Source: Parcubacteria group bacterium (GTDB lineage Bacteria > Patescibacteriota > Minisyncoccia > Phycocordibacterales > Phycocordibacteraceae). Taken from it: a stretch of 64,000 nt of DNA. Every line of letters starts with the position of its first letter. Position 1 is the first letter of the stretch. Made by a program: the position numbers and the translations under genes. Shown here in pieces: positions 56,028 through 64,000 of the stretch. The notes under the pieces are model-generated. The model had not been told where the DNA came from and did no database searches. It saw only the letters and a list, made by a program, of their open reading frames with translations. Location: positions 17,924 to 81,923 of the forward strand of contig JAQBRL010000016.1 in NCBI GenBank assembly GCA_028286525.1, given 5' to 3'.

Positions 56028-56099
56028 TGCTCCCGGTTGGAATCGAACCAACATTACAACCTCCGCAAGGTTGCGTCCTATCCATTGAACGACGGGAGC
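56028..56099 (-). tRNA. tRNA-Arg(GCG)
   Basis: Cloverleaf; anticodon loop TTGCGGA. Confidence 0.93.
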
Positions 56100-56140
56100 G
56101 AACGCTGATGACTGTACCTTCCAAACCGCCTATTCGCAAG

Positions 56141-56614
56141 CTAAAAGCGAAGCATCGTGATGAGGTGATCGAAGACGGACTGGTCGTGACGGCCTTCCGG
56201 GACCTGGGGGAGGAAGAATTCGTATATCTCGACGGGGTCGTGGCCAACGATAGGAATGAGGAGGTGCGGAGCGAGCAAATGCTTCGTCTTTATGGAAAGG
56301 GAGGGAGGCATGGTCTCGTCCGCATACTCGAGGACGGAGAAGGTAAGCATGTCTTCGTAGGGGTAGAGATTCTTATCAATAACGACGCCGTGGTCGGTGA
56401 TAGCGAAATAATGCACGCGTGGCCGCTTGGCCGCTTCAAGGGCGAGCGCGCCTGCGCCCGCAGCGACCACGAGCGCAAGGATTAGATTGCTGAAGAGGAT
56501 GCACGCGATCACGGCTGCGATGGCGATGATACCGAGTGCCCAATACCAATCACTCCCTTTCTCTTCGAAAGCGTAGTTGTGTCCTTCCCACTCGAATATC
56601 GCGCCGCGTGGCAT
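56141..56614 (-). CDS. Hypothetical membrane protein with two TM helices
   Basis: FEWEGH...KGSDWYW followed by two TM helices and a soluble domain. Confidence 0.75.
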   Translation of the reverse strand: MPRGAIFEWEGHNYAFEEKGSDWYWALGIIAIAAVIACILFSNLILALVVAAGAGALALEAAKRPRVHYFAITDHGVVIDKNLYPYEDMLTFSVLEYADETMPPSLSIKTKHLLAPHLLIPIVGHDPVEIYEFFLPQVPEGRHDQSVFDHLITMLRF

Positions 56615-56685
56615 ACGTATAAATATGATAGCACCGCTTTCGGGCTTCATGGTGCGTCTATGAACGGAAGGTATACTGCCGAGTA

Positions 56686-57801
56686 ATGAAGCGCGCGCTC
56701 TTCACTCTTGCCGCTATCGCTACGCTCGCATCGCCGCTTGCGGTCTATGCGCAAGACGCAACGCAAACACCGCCGCTCGAGCAGGAGTACCTCGAGAAAG
56801 CACGAGTGCTCGATGCCTCCATCTCGAGGCCCCAGCCCATCGGAGGCACGAGCGTGACCAGCAAGATCCAGGATATCCAGATACAGGTTCTCGACGGCGT
56901 GGATACAGGTCGGCGCGTGTCCTTTTCGAACGATTATACCCAAGTGCATGCAGGAGAAATCATCTATGTGCGCCATACCGCGGGAGGGTTCGGGGTGGAG
57001 ACCTGGGCGGTTGCGGACCCGTACCGCCTGGACGTACTGCTCGGGCTGTTCGGCGTCTTCTTGGTGCTCCTCATCCTGTTCGGCGGCCTTCAAGGCATAC
57101 GCGGGCTCATGAGTTTGGGGGGATCGCTCGTGCTTATTTTCTCGCTCCTATTGCCGGGCATCTACGCAGGCCACTCCGCGATACTCGTGGCCATCGGGGT
57201 TTCCTCGCTCATCATCATCGTCGGCTCCTATATCACCCACGGGTTCAATCGCACGACGACTGCCGCGGTATTCGCCATGGTCGTTACGGTCATCATTACC
57301 GGACTCGGTGCCTACTATGTCGTGCATGCAGCGCAGCTTTCCGGGTTCACGAGCGAAGAGAACGTCTACCTTAATTTCAACACGGGAGGAAAATTGGACA
57401 TGATAGGGCTGCTGTTCGGCGGCATCATGATCGGTCTGTTGGGGGTTCTCTACGACATCGCCATCGGGCAGGCGATCGCGGTAGAGGAACTGCTGCGGGC
57501 CGGCACGGAGATGACGAAACGTCAGGTGTACCGGCGAGCGCTCCGCATCGGGCGCGAGCATATCGGTGCGCTCATCAACACGCTCGCTATCGCATACGTG
57601 GGTACGGCGCTTCCGCTCCTCCTTTTATTCCATGACTCGACCGCGAGCATACCGTACATGCTCAATAGCGAACTGTTCGCGACGGAGATCGTTCGCGTCC
57701 TCATCGGCTCCATCGGCCTCATCCTTGCGGTCCCTATTACGACCGCGATCGCCACCTACTTCATACGACCGGACGGACGCGCTACGGGGCACGCGCATTA
57801 G
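56686..57801 (+). CDS. YibE/F-family membrane protein
   Basis: IGLLGVLYDIAI, GREHIGALINTL and GSIGLILAVPITT motifs. Confidence 0.88.
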   Translation: MKRALFTLAAIATLASPLAVYAQDATQTPPLEQEYLEKARVLDASISRPQPIGGTSVTSKIQDIQIQVLDGVDTGRRVSFSNDYTQVHAGEIIYVRHTAGGFGVETWAVADPYRLDVLLGLFGVFLVLLILFGGLQGIRGLMSLGGSLVLIFSLLLPGIYAGHSAILVAIGVSSLIIIVGSYITHGFNRTTTAAVFAMVVTVIITGLGAYYVVHAAQLSGFTSEENVYLNFNTGGKLDMIGLLFGGIMIGLLGVLYDIAIGQAIAVEELLRAGTEMTKRQVYRRALRIGREHIGALINTLAIAYVGTALPLLLLFHDSTASIPYMLNSELFATEIVRVLIGSIGLILAVPITTAIATYFIRPDGRATGHAH

Positions 57802-57928
57802 CTCGCTTGCAAATTCGCAGCGCAGGTCTATCGTAGTACTGACGCAGCGGCCCGCGCGCTTTTCTCCCACCCGTGCACCTCTCTTGAACTATTGAAACTC
57901 TGAAACCTTATTCCGTTAATCAATTCGT

Positions 57929-58642
57929 ATGATCATACTCATTACGATCGGTGCGTTCGCAGCCACCATGCTCGGCGGCCTCTTCGCGCTTCGCCTCAAG
58001 GACCGGCTGCATCTTATCCTCGGGTTCTCCGCAGGGGCCATCATTGGGGTCGCATTCTTCGATCTTCTTCCGGAAGCTATCGACCTGGGCACGACTGCCC
58101 ATCTAACCTCGACCGTGCTCTCGATCACCGCCCTCGGATTCCTCATCTACCTGGTACTCGATCGCATGCTCTTCATGCATAGCCATGACGCGGACGATGG
58201 CCACATCCATCGCGGGCGCGTCGGTGCAGGAAGCCTCTCATTCCATAGCTTGCTCGACGGCATCGGCATCGGTCTTGCGTTCCAGATCTCGCCGACGGTC
58301 GGCCTCATCGTGGCGGCAGCCGTGCTCACGCATGACTTCTCGGACGGCATCAACACGGTCAATCTCATCCTTAAGAATAGCGGTTCACGCACGCAAGCCT
58401 TCAAGTGGTTGCTTATAGACGCCGTTGCGCCGGTCATAGGCGTGCTCTCAACGCTCTTCTTCAAGGTGCCGGAAGCGGAACTGGGCCTCCTGCTCGCCTT
58501 ATTCGCAGGGTTCTTCCTCTATATAGGAGCGAGCGACCTTATCCCGGAAAGCCATCATGCGCACCCGACACGCGTCACCACATTCATGACGGTACTGGGT
58601 ATCGCGACGCTGTACGTCATCATTCGATTGGCTTCGCTCTAG
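57929..58642 (+). CDS. ZIP-family metal transporter
   Basis: FSAG, HSLLDG, HDFSDG and ASDLIPE motifs. Confidence 0.9.
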   Translation: MIILITIGAFAATMLGGLFALRLKDRLHLILGFSAGAIIGVAFFDLLPEAIDLGTTAHLTSTVLSITALGFLIYLVLDRMLFMHSHDADDGHIHRGRVGAGSLSFHSLLDGIGIGLAFQISPTVGLIVAAAVLTHDFSDGINTVNLILKNSGSRTQAFKWLLIDAVAPVIGVLSTLFFKVPEAELGLLLALFAGFFLYIGASDLIPESHHAHPTRVTTFMTVLGIATLYVIIRLASL

Positions 58643-58649
58643 CGAACGC

Positions 58650-58691
58650 CGCCCATGAAAAAACCGCCTTCGGGCGGTTTTTTCATGGGCG
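58650..58691. terminator. Bidirectional intrinsic terminator
   Basis: CGCCCATGAAAAAACCGCC-ttcg-GGCGGTTTTTTCATGGGCG. Confidence 0.85.
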
Positions 58692-58774
58692 GAGGAGGTG
58701 AGATTCGAACTCACGGTACCTTGCGGCACTCCTGTTTTCAAGACAGGTGCGATAGACCACTCTGCCACTCCTCC
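58690..58774 (-). tRNA. tRNA-Ser(UGA)
   Basis: Cloverleaf with long variable arm; anticodon loop CTTGAAA. Confidence 0.95.
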
Positions 58775-58779
58775 TGCGT

Positions 58780-59058
58780 TTACGCTTCCGGACCTGATGG
58801 GATAGGCGCCGGAGCGGGAGCCGGGGCAGTCTTCACCGGAGGTTTTGCGAAGCCAAAGATATAGATAAGCTCGAAGATACCGAGAGAGTTCACGATAAGG
58901 AGAAAGGCAAACCAGGCCGTATGACCATTCCGGGCCGCTTTCCAGAGCGCAATACCCTTGATAGCGAGGCTCCACAGCACCAGTACCCCAACGAGGAAGT
59001 ATGCGAAGATGCCGAGTGGAGCGAGGAACGGGAAGGTCGTGAATAGGTCGTAGTGCAT
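58780..59058 (-). CDS. Small membrane protein (DUF5652-like)
   Basis: WSLAIKGIALWKAARN..WF...NSLGIFELIY. Confidence 0.8.
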   Translation of the reverse strand: MHYDLFTTFPFLAPLGIFAYFLVGVLVLWSLAIKGIALWKAARNGHTAWFAFLLIVNSLGIFELIYIFGFAKPPVKTAPAPAPAPIPSGPEA

Positions 59059-59162
59059 GCCGGCGAGTATACGTCATTGTGTATGTAGGAGCAAAGCGCT
59101 TACTGAACAAAAACTGCCCTTGTGGTGGCATGCGGCCATACGCCCGTGTAGGATACAGATAT

Positions 59163-59561
59163 ATGCGCTATCTCGGTATTGATTTCGGGAAGAAGAAAGT
59201 GGGCCTCGCGCTTTCGGACGAAGAGGGAACTATGGGGTTCCCCTTCGAGATAGTGCCGAACGATTCTCAACTATCGGACGCGCTTGCGCTCCTTATCGAA
59301 ACCGAGCATATCGAGGGCATCGTCATCGGTGACTCGCGCGATTTCGCTGGAAATCCGAACCCTATCGCGAACCCCGCCCGCGCGCTGGGCGAAGAACTTA
59401 CCTCGCGTACCGGGGTGCCGGTCCATTACGAGCCGGAAATGCTCACCACCCAAGAGGCACGACGCGATTTCGAGGGAGTGCACTCGCATAAACGCGGCGA
59501 CGTCGATTCATCCGCCGCTGCCCTCATCCTTACGAGCTACTTATCGCGCGACCATGGATAA
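59163..59561 (+). CDS. ruvX: YqgF/RuvX-family nuclease
   Basis: LGIDFGKKKVGLALSD, E.LTT and VDSSAAALIL motifs. Confidence 0.9.
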   Translation: MRYLGIDFGKKKVGLALSDEEGTMGFPFEIVPNDSQLSDALALLIETEHIEGIVIGDSRDFAGNPNPIANPARALGEELTSRTGVPVHYEPEMLTTQEARRDFEGVHSHKRGDVDSSAAALILTSYLSRDHG

Positions 59562-59895
59562 AGAGCGGATAACCATCGATGAGTTTTCGAAGATAGAGGT
59601 GAAGGTAGGTACGGTCGTGTCCGCTGAACGGGTGCCGGAGACGGATAAGCTGTTGCGTCTGATGGTCGATTTCGGCGAAGAGAAGGGCCCGCGCCAGATA
59701 GTTTCCGGCATCGCGGCCTACGTGCCCGCGCCGGAATCCCTGGTGGGCCGCCAACTCGCGTTCGCGACCAATCTCGCACCGCGTACGCTGCGCGGCCTTG
59801 AAAGCGACGGGATGCTCTTTGCAGTGGGGGAGGGCGATGCATTCGCGTTCCTTGCGCCTGATCGGCCCGTTCCTCCGGGCACAAGCGCGCATTAG
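59554..59895 (+). CDS. tRNA-binding OB-fold protein (MetRS C-terminal/CsaA-like)
   Basis: ITIDEFSKIEVKVG, DKLL, RQIVSGI and NLAPR...ESDGM. Confidence 0.88.
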   Translation: MDKERITIDEFSKIEVKVGTVVSAERVPETDKLLRLMVDFGEEKGPRQIVSGIAAYVPAPESLVGRQLAFATNLAPRTLRGLESDGMLFAVGEGDAFAFLAPDRPVPPGTSAH

Positions 59896-59954
59896 TCCCG
59901 GGTTTTCCAGAACGACCGGATTTCCGGGTCACGCGCACGGTATACTCATAGCAA

Positions 59955-61040
59955 ATGAAAGGAGCGTTCCACCGATTCTTGCGTATCGAGCTTGCGCCGC
60001 CGCGCTATCTTTCCCTTCCCACCGCGGGTATCGACATTTCCGCGAGCGGCATCAAAGTAGCGAGCCTGAAGGAACGTTCGCATGGACTCGAGCTCGGCGC
60101 GTTCGGCGAAGAGTCGCTTCCGGCAGGCGCCATCGTGGGAGGAGAGATCACCGATAGCGCGGCAGTGGTCGCGGCGCTTTCCGCTATCGCCAAGAAGCAT
60201 GGCGTCACCACCGCGAATATCACGCTTCCCGAAGCCCGCAGCTACCTTTTCGAAGCGGATGTTCCGGGGAATACCCCCGCGCAGTGGCGCACGGCAGTCG
60301 AGCAGCACCTCGATGAATACGTCCCGCTTCCTCCGGCTGAGGTCATCTTCGATGCGGTGCCCGTCCTGCGTATGCCCGAGAGCACGCACTTGGCGGGGGT
60401 GGGCGTCGCCCGCCGCGCGGTGGATCTTGCCCTCTCCGTATTCGACGAAGCGGGGATACGCGTCCGTTCGGTCGAAGGCGAGATGTTCGGAGTGCCGCGC
60501 GCGCTCCTGCCGCACGGAAATATGGAGACCGTTCTCATCATCGACATCGGCCGGACGACGACCAAGCTCGTGATAGTCGTCCACCGCATCCCTATCTTCG
60601 CGACGACGCTCGACGTGGGCGGGCAGGCGCTCACGACCGCGGTGCAGAAATACTTCAATGTATCGGAAGAGGAAGCGAAGAAAGTGAAGGCGGAACGAGG
60701 CCTCGTCGCGAGCGACGATAATGCCGAATACCTGGCCGCGATGCTCTCCACGGTTTCCGTCATCCGCGAAGAGATAGTGAAGCGCCTGGAATATTGGCAG
60801 AGCCGGGCGGTTGCGGGTTCGCCGCACGAGGCGGTGACGCGCGCCATTCTGGTGGGCGGGAACGCTACGCTCCGTGGGCTGCCGGAATATCTCGAAACCT
60901 CGCTCAAGATCCCGGTCGAGCTCGGCGATGTGTTCACGAATCTCGCGAAGCGCGACGACTGGCTGCCGCCGATCGATTACATGGAATCGCTTGCGTACGC
61001 GACCGCCATAGGCCTGGCGCTGCGCGAATACGTTCCCTAA
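59955..61040 (+). CDS. pilM: Type IV pilus assembly protein PilM
   Basis: GIDIS, IIDIG, LVGG and YATAIGLALR actin-like motifs. Confidence 0.88.
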   Translation: MKGAFHRFLRIELAPPRYLSLPTAGIDISASGIKVASLKERSHGLELGAFGEESLPAGAIVGGEITDSAAVVAALSAIAKKHGVTTANITLPEARSYLFEADVPGNTPAQWRTAVEQHLDEYVPLPPAEVIFDAVPVLRMPESTHLAGVGVARRAVDLALSVFDEAGIRVRSVEGEMFGVPRALLPHGNMETVLIIDIGRTTTKLVIVVHRIPIFATTLDVGGQALTTAVQKYFNVSEEEAKKVKAERGLVASDDNAEYLAAMLSTVSVIREEIVKRLEYWQSRAVAGSPHEAVTRAILVGGNATLRGLPEYLETSLKIPVELGDVFTNLAKRDDWLPPIDYMESLAYATAIGLALREYVP

Positions 61041-61044
61041 GAAT

Positions 61045-61605
61045 ATGTATCCCGAACTCACCAATCTCCTTCCGCTCGAGCGCATGCGCCATCTCCGGCG
61101 TGACTATTTCATACGGCTTGCTACCGTCGTGGTGCTCGCCCTATCCGTCGTGGTGGTCGGAAGCGGAGCGCTTTTGATACCTTCCTATCTCTATCTTAAT
61201 CAGGAGCTTCAGGCGCGCTCGGGAGTCGCACGCGAGCTCGATACGAAGCTCAGCGCGTCGCAAGGCAAGGTCACGAGCCAGCGTCTCGCGACGCTCTCGA
61301 GTTCAGCTACGTACCTCGCTCGACTCGCCACCACCACGACCGCGACTGCGGCACTGCGTGGAGTACTCGGGGTTCCTCGTAGCGGTGTCGCGCTCACGGG
61401 CTTCACGTTCTCTCCCAGCATCCCCGGTACGAACGGGAAAATGGCGCTTACCGGAAACGCCTCTACGCGGGAGACGCTCCGCGCATACGTCATGGCGCTC
61501 TCGCAGCTTCCGTATGTCAGCAACGCTGACCTCCCGATAAGCGCGTACGCGAAAGAGAGCCAGATACCGTTCACCATCACGCTTACCGGCACCCTGCTTC
61601 CATGA
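61045..61605 (+). CDS. PilN-like protein
   Basis: NLLP motif, TM helix and coiled coil; follows pilM. Confidence 0.75.
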   Translation: MYPELTNLLPLERMRHLRRDYFIRLATVVVLALSVVVVGSGALLIPSYLYLNQELQARSGVARELDTKLSASQGKVTSQRLATLSSSATYLARLATTTTATAALRGVLGVPRSGVALTGFTFSPSIPGTNGKMALTGNASTRETLRAYVMALSQLPYVSNADLPISAYAKESQIPFTITLTGTLLP

Positions 61606-62201
61606 CCATACGCCCCTTCATCCCCCTCATCGTTTCGCTCGTGATCCTGGTCATCGCATCGGGACTCTATGGCTTCGGATACTACACCTTGCAGAGCGAC
61701 ATCGTGAAAGCAACGACGCTTGCTGCCCAGATCAAGCTGAAGAGCGCGCAGCTCGATCAGCTATCGCGCGCGCATGCGGCGCTCGCGACGCTTACGAACG
61801 ATGAGGCGACCCTGAATCAGTATTCGATAGGGAAGGAGGATGTCGTGCCTTTCCTCGAATCCTTGCAGGCGACCGGCAAGCCGCTCGGCGCACGCGTGGA
61901 CGTGCTCTCGGTCGCGGACGAAAAGATCGGTACGCATGCCCGCATCTCGCTCTCGCTCTCGCTTACCGGGTCGTTCGATGCCGTCATACGGACGTTGGGC
62001 GCCATCGAGTACGGTCCGTATGACGGCGTCATCACGAATCTGACGCTTGATACGACACCGGCTTCGGTCGGAAGCGCCTCGGTGTGGACGGCCACTACGA
62101 TATATTCGGTCGGCGTCCGCTCGGCTTCTTCCACACCCGTAACCCATGCACCGGCAGCTCCTATCCCTGCCACCGTACCCGCAACCACTACGCATCCATG
62201 A
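61602..62201 (+). CDS. PilO-like protein
   Basis: TM helix, coiled coil and LSLTGSF; follows pilN. Confidence 0.65.
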   Translation: MTIRPFIPLIVSLVILVIASGLYGFGYYTLQSDIVKATTLAAQIKLKSAQLDQLSRAHAALATLTNDEATLNQYSIGKEDVVPFLESLQATGKPLGARVDVLSVADEKIGTHARISLSLSLTGSFDAVIRTLGAIEYGPYDGVITNLTLDTTPASVGSASVWTATTIYSVGVRSASSTPVTHAPAAPIPATVPATTTHP

Positions 62202-62506
62202 ACCTCTCTTTCATTACCAAGCTCCTGAATAAGTATCTGAAGGTCCTACGCTATGGCGACCGGGTGCACCCCATGCGCGACTGGCTCATCATCATCTGCA
62301 TCGTCTGCATATTGTTCGTGGCGAGCGCGCTCTGGAGCTATCTTATCTTCAGGGAAACGAGCACGAACGGCGTGCAGGCTTCGACAGGGACGACGACGCC
62401 CATAAGCACCGCATCGCTCGATACGGTCCGGCATGTGTTCGAGACTCGGGCGATCGAACGCGCGCACTATCTGCTGGACTATCGTTTCGTTGACCCTTCG
62501 AAGTAG
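62198..62506 (+). CDS. Hypothetical membrane protein of the pilMNO operon
   Basis: ATGA overlap; HPMRDW plus TM helix; C-terminal VDPS. Confidence 0.65.
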   Translation: MNLSFITKLLNKYLKVLRYGDRVHPMRDWLIIICIVCILFVASALWSYLIFRETSTNGVQASTGTTTPISTASLDTVRHVFETRAIERAHYLLDYRFVDPSK

Positions 62507-62524
62507 GGGCGCTAGGGTACTAAG

Positions 62525-62596
62525 GCCCCTATAGCTCAACGGATAGAGCTGCGGACTTCTAAGCCGTCGATGTAGGTTCGATTCCTGCTGGGGGCA
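62525..62596 (+). tRNA. tRNA-Arg(UCU)
   Basis: Cloverleaf; anticodon loop CTTCTAA. Confidence 0.93.
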
Positions 62597-62609
62597 CAAA
62601 ACGTTCGAG

Positions 62610-62691
62610 TGGGTATGAGAGGACTCGAACCTCCAAGGATTGCTCCATACGCTTCTGAGGCGTACGCGTATACCAATTCCGCCACATACCC
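62610..62691 (-). tRNA. tRNA-Leu(CAG)
   Basis: Cloverleaf with variable arm; anticodon loop CTCAGAA. Confidence 0.94.
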
Positions 62692-62712
62692 GTGTGCTCG
62701 CGGGGCCAGCTG

Positions 62713-62785
62713 TGCGCGCTGTAGGGCTCGAACCTACGACCATCCCGGTGTAAACGGGGCGCTCTACCAACTGAGCTAAGCGCGC
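62713..62785 (-). tRNA. tRNA-Val(UAC)
   Basis: Cloverleaf; anticodon loop TTTACAC. Confidence 0.94.
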
Positions 62786-62913
62786 GTATTTCTTACTCGC
62801 ACGACCTCGCAGAGGAAAGCGTAACCGTCGGAAGTCCGACCCCACCACCTCAGCGAAGCGCGCGTATGGCTACCTTAACCCACTTATCTACGTTTTTGAA
62901 GTAACATGTTCGG

Positions 62914-63192
62914 ATGAATGAGCGGCTCTTCGCTATAGTTTCCGGCCGGGTGCAAATGGTCATGTTCCGCGATTTCGTGCAGCGGAAGGCCAGCGGCTTA
63001 CGTCTCGTAGGAGAGGTACGGAATCTCAAGGACGGGACCGTGGAAGTCATTGTCGAAGGCGAGCGTGCGAAACTCGAGAAATTGCTCGGGAAGCTGCACG
63101 AGGGTCCGCTTCTTGCGCGCGTCGAACATGTTTCCGTGTCGTGGCTTCCAGCAACAGGAGAATTCTCGAACTTCAGAATCGCGTACGAGTAA
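62914..63192 (+). CDS. acyP: Acylphosphatase
   Basis: SGRVQMVMFR, GEVRNLKDGTVEV and GPLLARV motifs. Confidence 0.9.
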   Translation: MNERLFAIVSGRVQMVMFRDFVQRKASGLRLVGEVRNLKDGTVEVIVEGERAKLEKLLGKLHEGPLLARVEHVSVSWLPATGEFSNFRIAYE

Positions 63193-63237
63193 GGCGCGAA
63201 AGAAGCGCAGACGAATGAAATGAGTTAGTGTGAGGCA

Positions 63238-63975
63238 ATGGAACTTCCGATACTCTATGAAGATGCCGATATCGTCGCGGTGAACAAGCCGTCGGGGATG
63301 ATGACGCACCCCGATGGAAAGACCACGGACGAGACCGCCAGCGACTGGTTCGCTGCGCACTACCCTGACTCGAAAGAGGTGGGGGAGACCCAGCGTCTGC
63401 AAAACGGTACGGAGATTCGCCGCCCCGGTATCGTGCATCGTCTCGATCGCGAGACCTCGGGCGTGCTCGTGTTCGCGAAGACGCCCGAAGCGCACGCGCT
63501 CCTGAAGAATGCGTTCCAAGAGCGCCTCGCGCACAAGACCTATCTCGCGTTCGTGTACGGCGTACTGAAAGAGAAGAAGGGCATCATCGATTTTCCCATC
63601 GGCCGCTCGACGCAGGATTTCCGGCTTCGCAGCGCTCAGCCAAAGGCAAAAGGGCTGCTGCGCGAAGCGCTCACGCGCTGGGAGACTATTTCGGATATCG
63701 GCACGCATACGCTCCTCAAGGCGATGCCGGAGACCGGGCGTACCCACCAGATCCGCGTGCACCTCAAAGCCATCCATCATCCGGTCGTCTGCGACCCGCT
63801 CTATGCCCCGAACCAGAAATGCGACCTGGGCTTCAACCGTCTTGGTTTGCACGCCTACCAGATAGAGGTCCAGCTCCCTTCGGGAGGGAACAAGGTCATA
63901 ACGGCCCCGGTTCCCGCGGATCTGGCCGCGGCACTCCAGAAATTCCCTGGAACCGAGGCGTTTCTTGCTCCGTAG
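63238..63975 (+). CDS. RluA-family pseudouridine synthase
   Basis: NKPSG, HRLDRETSG and TGRTHQIRVH motifs. Confidence 0.93.
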   Translation: MELPILYEDADIVAVNKPSGMMTHPDGKTTDETASDWFAAHYPDSKEVGETQRLQNGTEIRRPGIVHRLDRETSGVLVFAKTPEAHALLKNAFQERLAHKTYLAFVYGVLKEKKGIIDFPIGRSTQDFRLRSAQPKAKGLLREALTRWETISDIGTHTLLKAMPETGRTHQIRVHLKAIHHPVVCDPLYAPNQKCDLGFNRLGLHAYQIEVQLPSGGNKVITAPVPADLAAALQKFPGTEAFLAP

Positions 63976-64000
63976 TTGTGGCTGTGATACAGTTCTGTCC

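Noticed and set aside
1-64000. CRISPR array, rRNA, prophage, IS transposase or alternative genetic code
   Set aside because: No repeat-spacer array or hallmark genes seen; TGA terminates conserved genes such as comM and yebC

Overview
Origin-of-replication region of a small-genome bacterium, inferred from gene content to be Patescibacteria/CPR (Parcubacteria-like). It uses the standard code, since TGA acts as a stop. Core genes: rpmH-rnpA-yidC, dnaA-oriC-dnaN, polA, holA, pcrA, recJ, ruvABC, rnhA, rsmA, tsaE, tpiA, pgk, murE, PBP1A and rpsT. There are seven tRNAs and a probable 6S RNA. The window also holds type IV pilus/competence genes (two PilB-like ATPases, PilC, minor pilins, PilMNO, ComEC, ComM) and a chromosomal T4SS-like cluster (VirB6-like, PrgI, VirB4-like, pilin). 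The most interesting element is a 2.7 kb cassette at 2515-5198 between comM and pilB. It contains a stand-alone YcaO enzyme, an unannotated 59-aa precursor-like peptide with repeated (L/I/F)(M/T)(A/V)(G/A)Q(G/D) motifs, an intervening stem-loop, and a divergent TrmB-family regulator with paired operator-like palindromes. I interpret it as a candidate new minimal RiPP system. Other observations: a second oriC-like DnaA-box array before the T4SS-like operon, pervasive leaderless promoters, a LysM/M23 gene with no canonical start codon, several large structured intergenic elements, and two unannotated microproteins. All calls are by eye, with no database searches.
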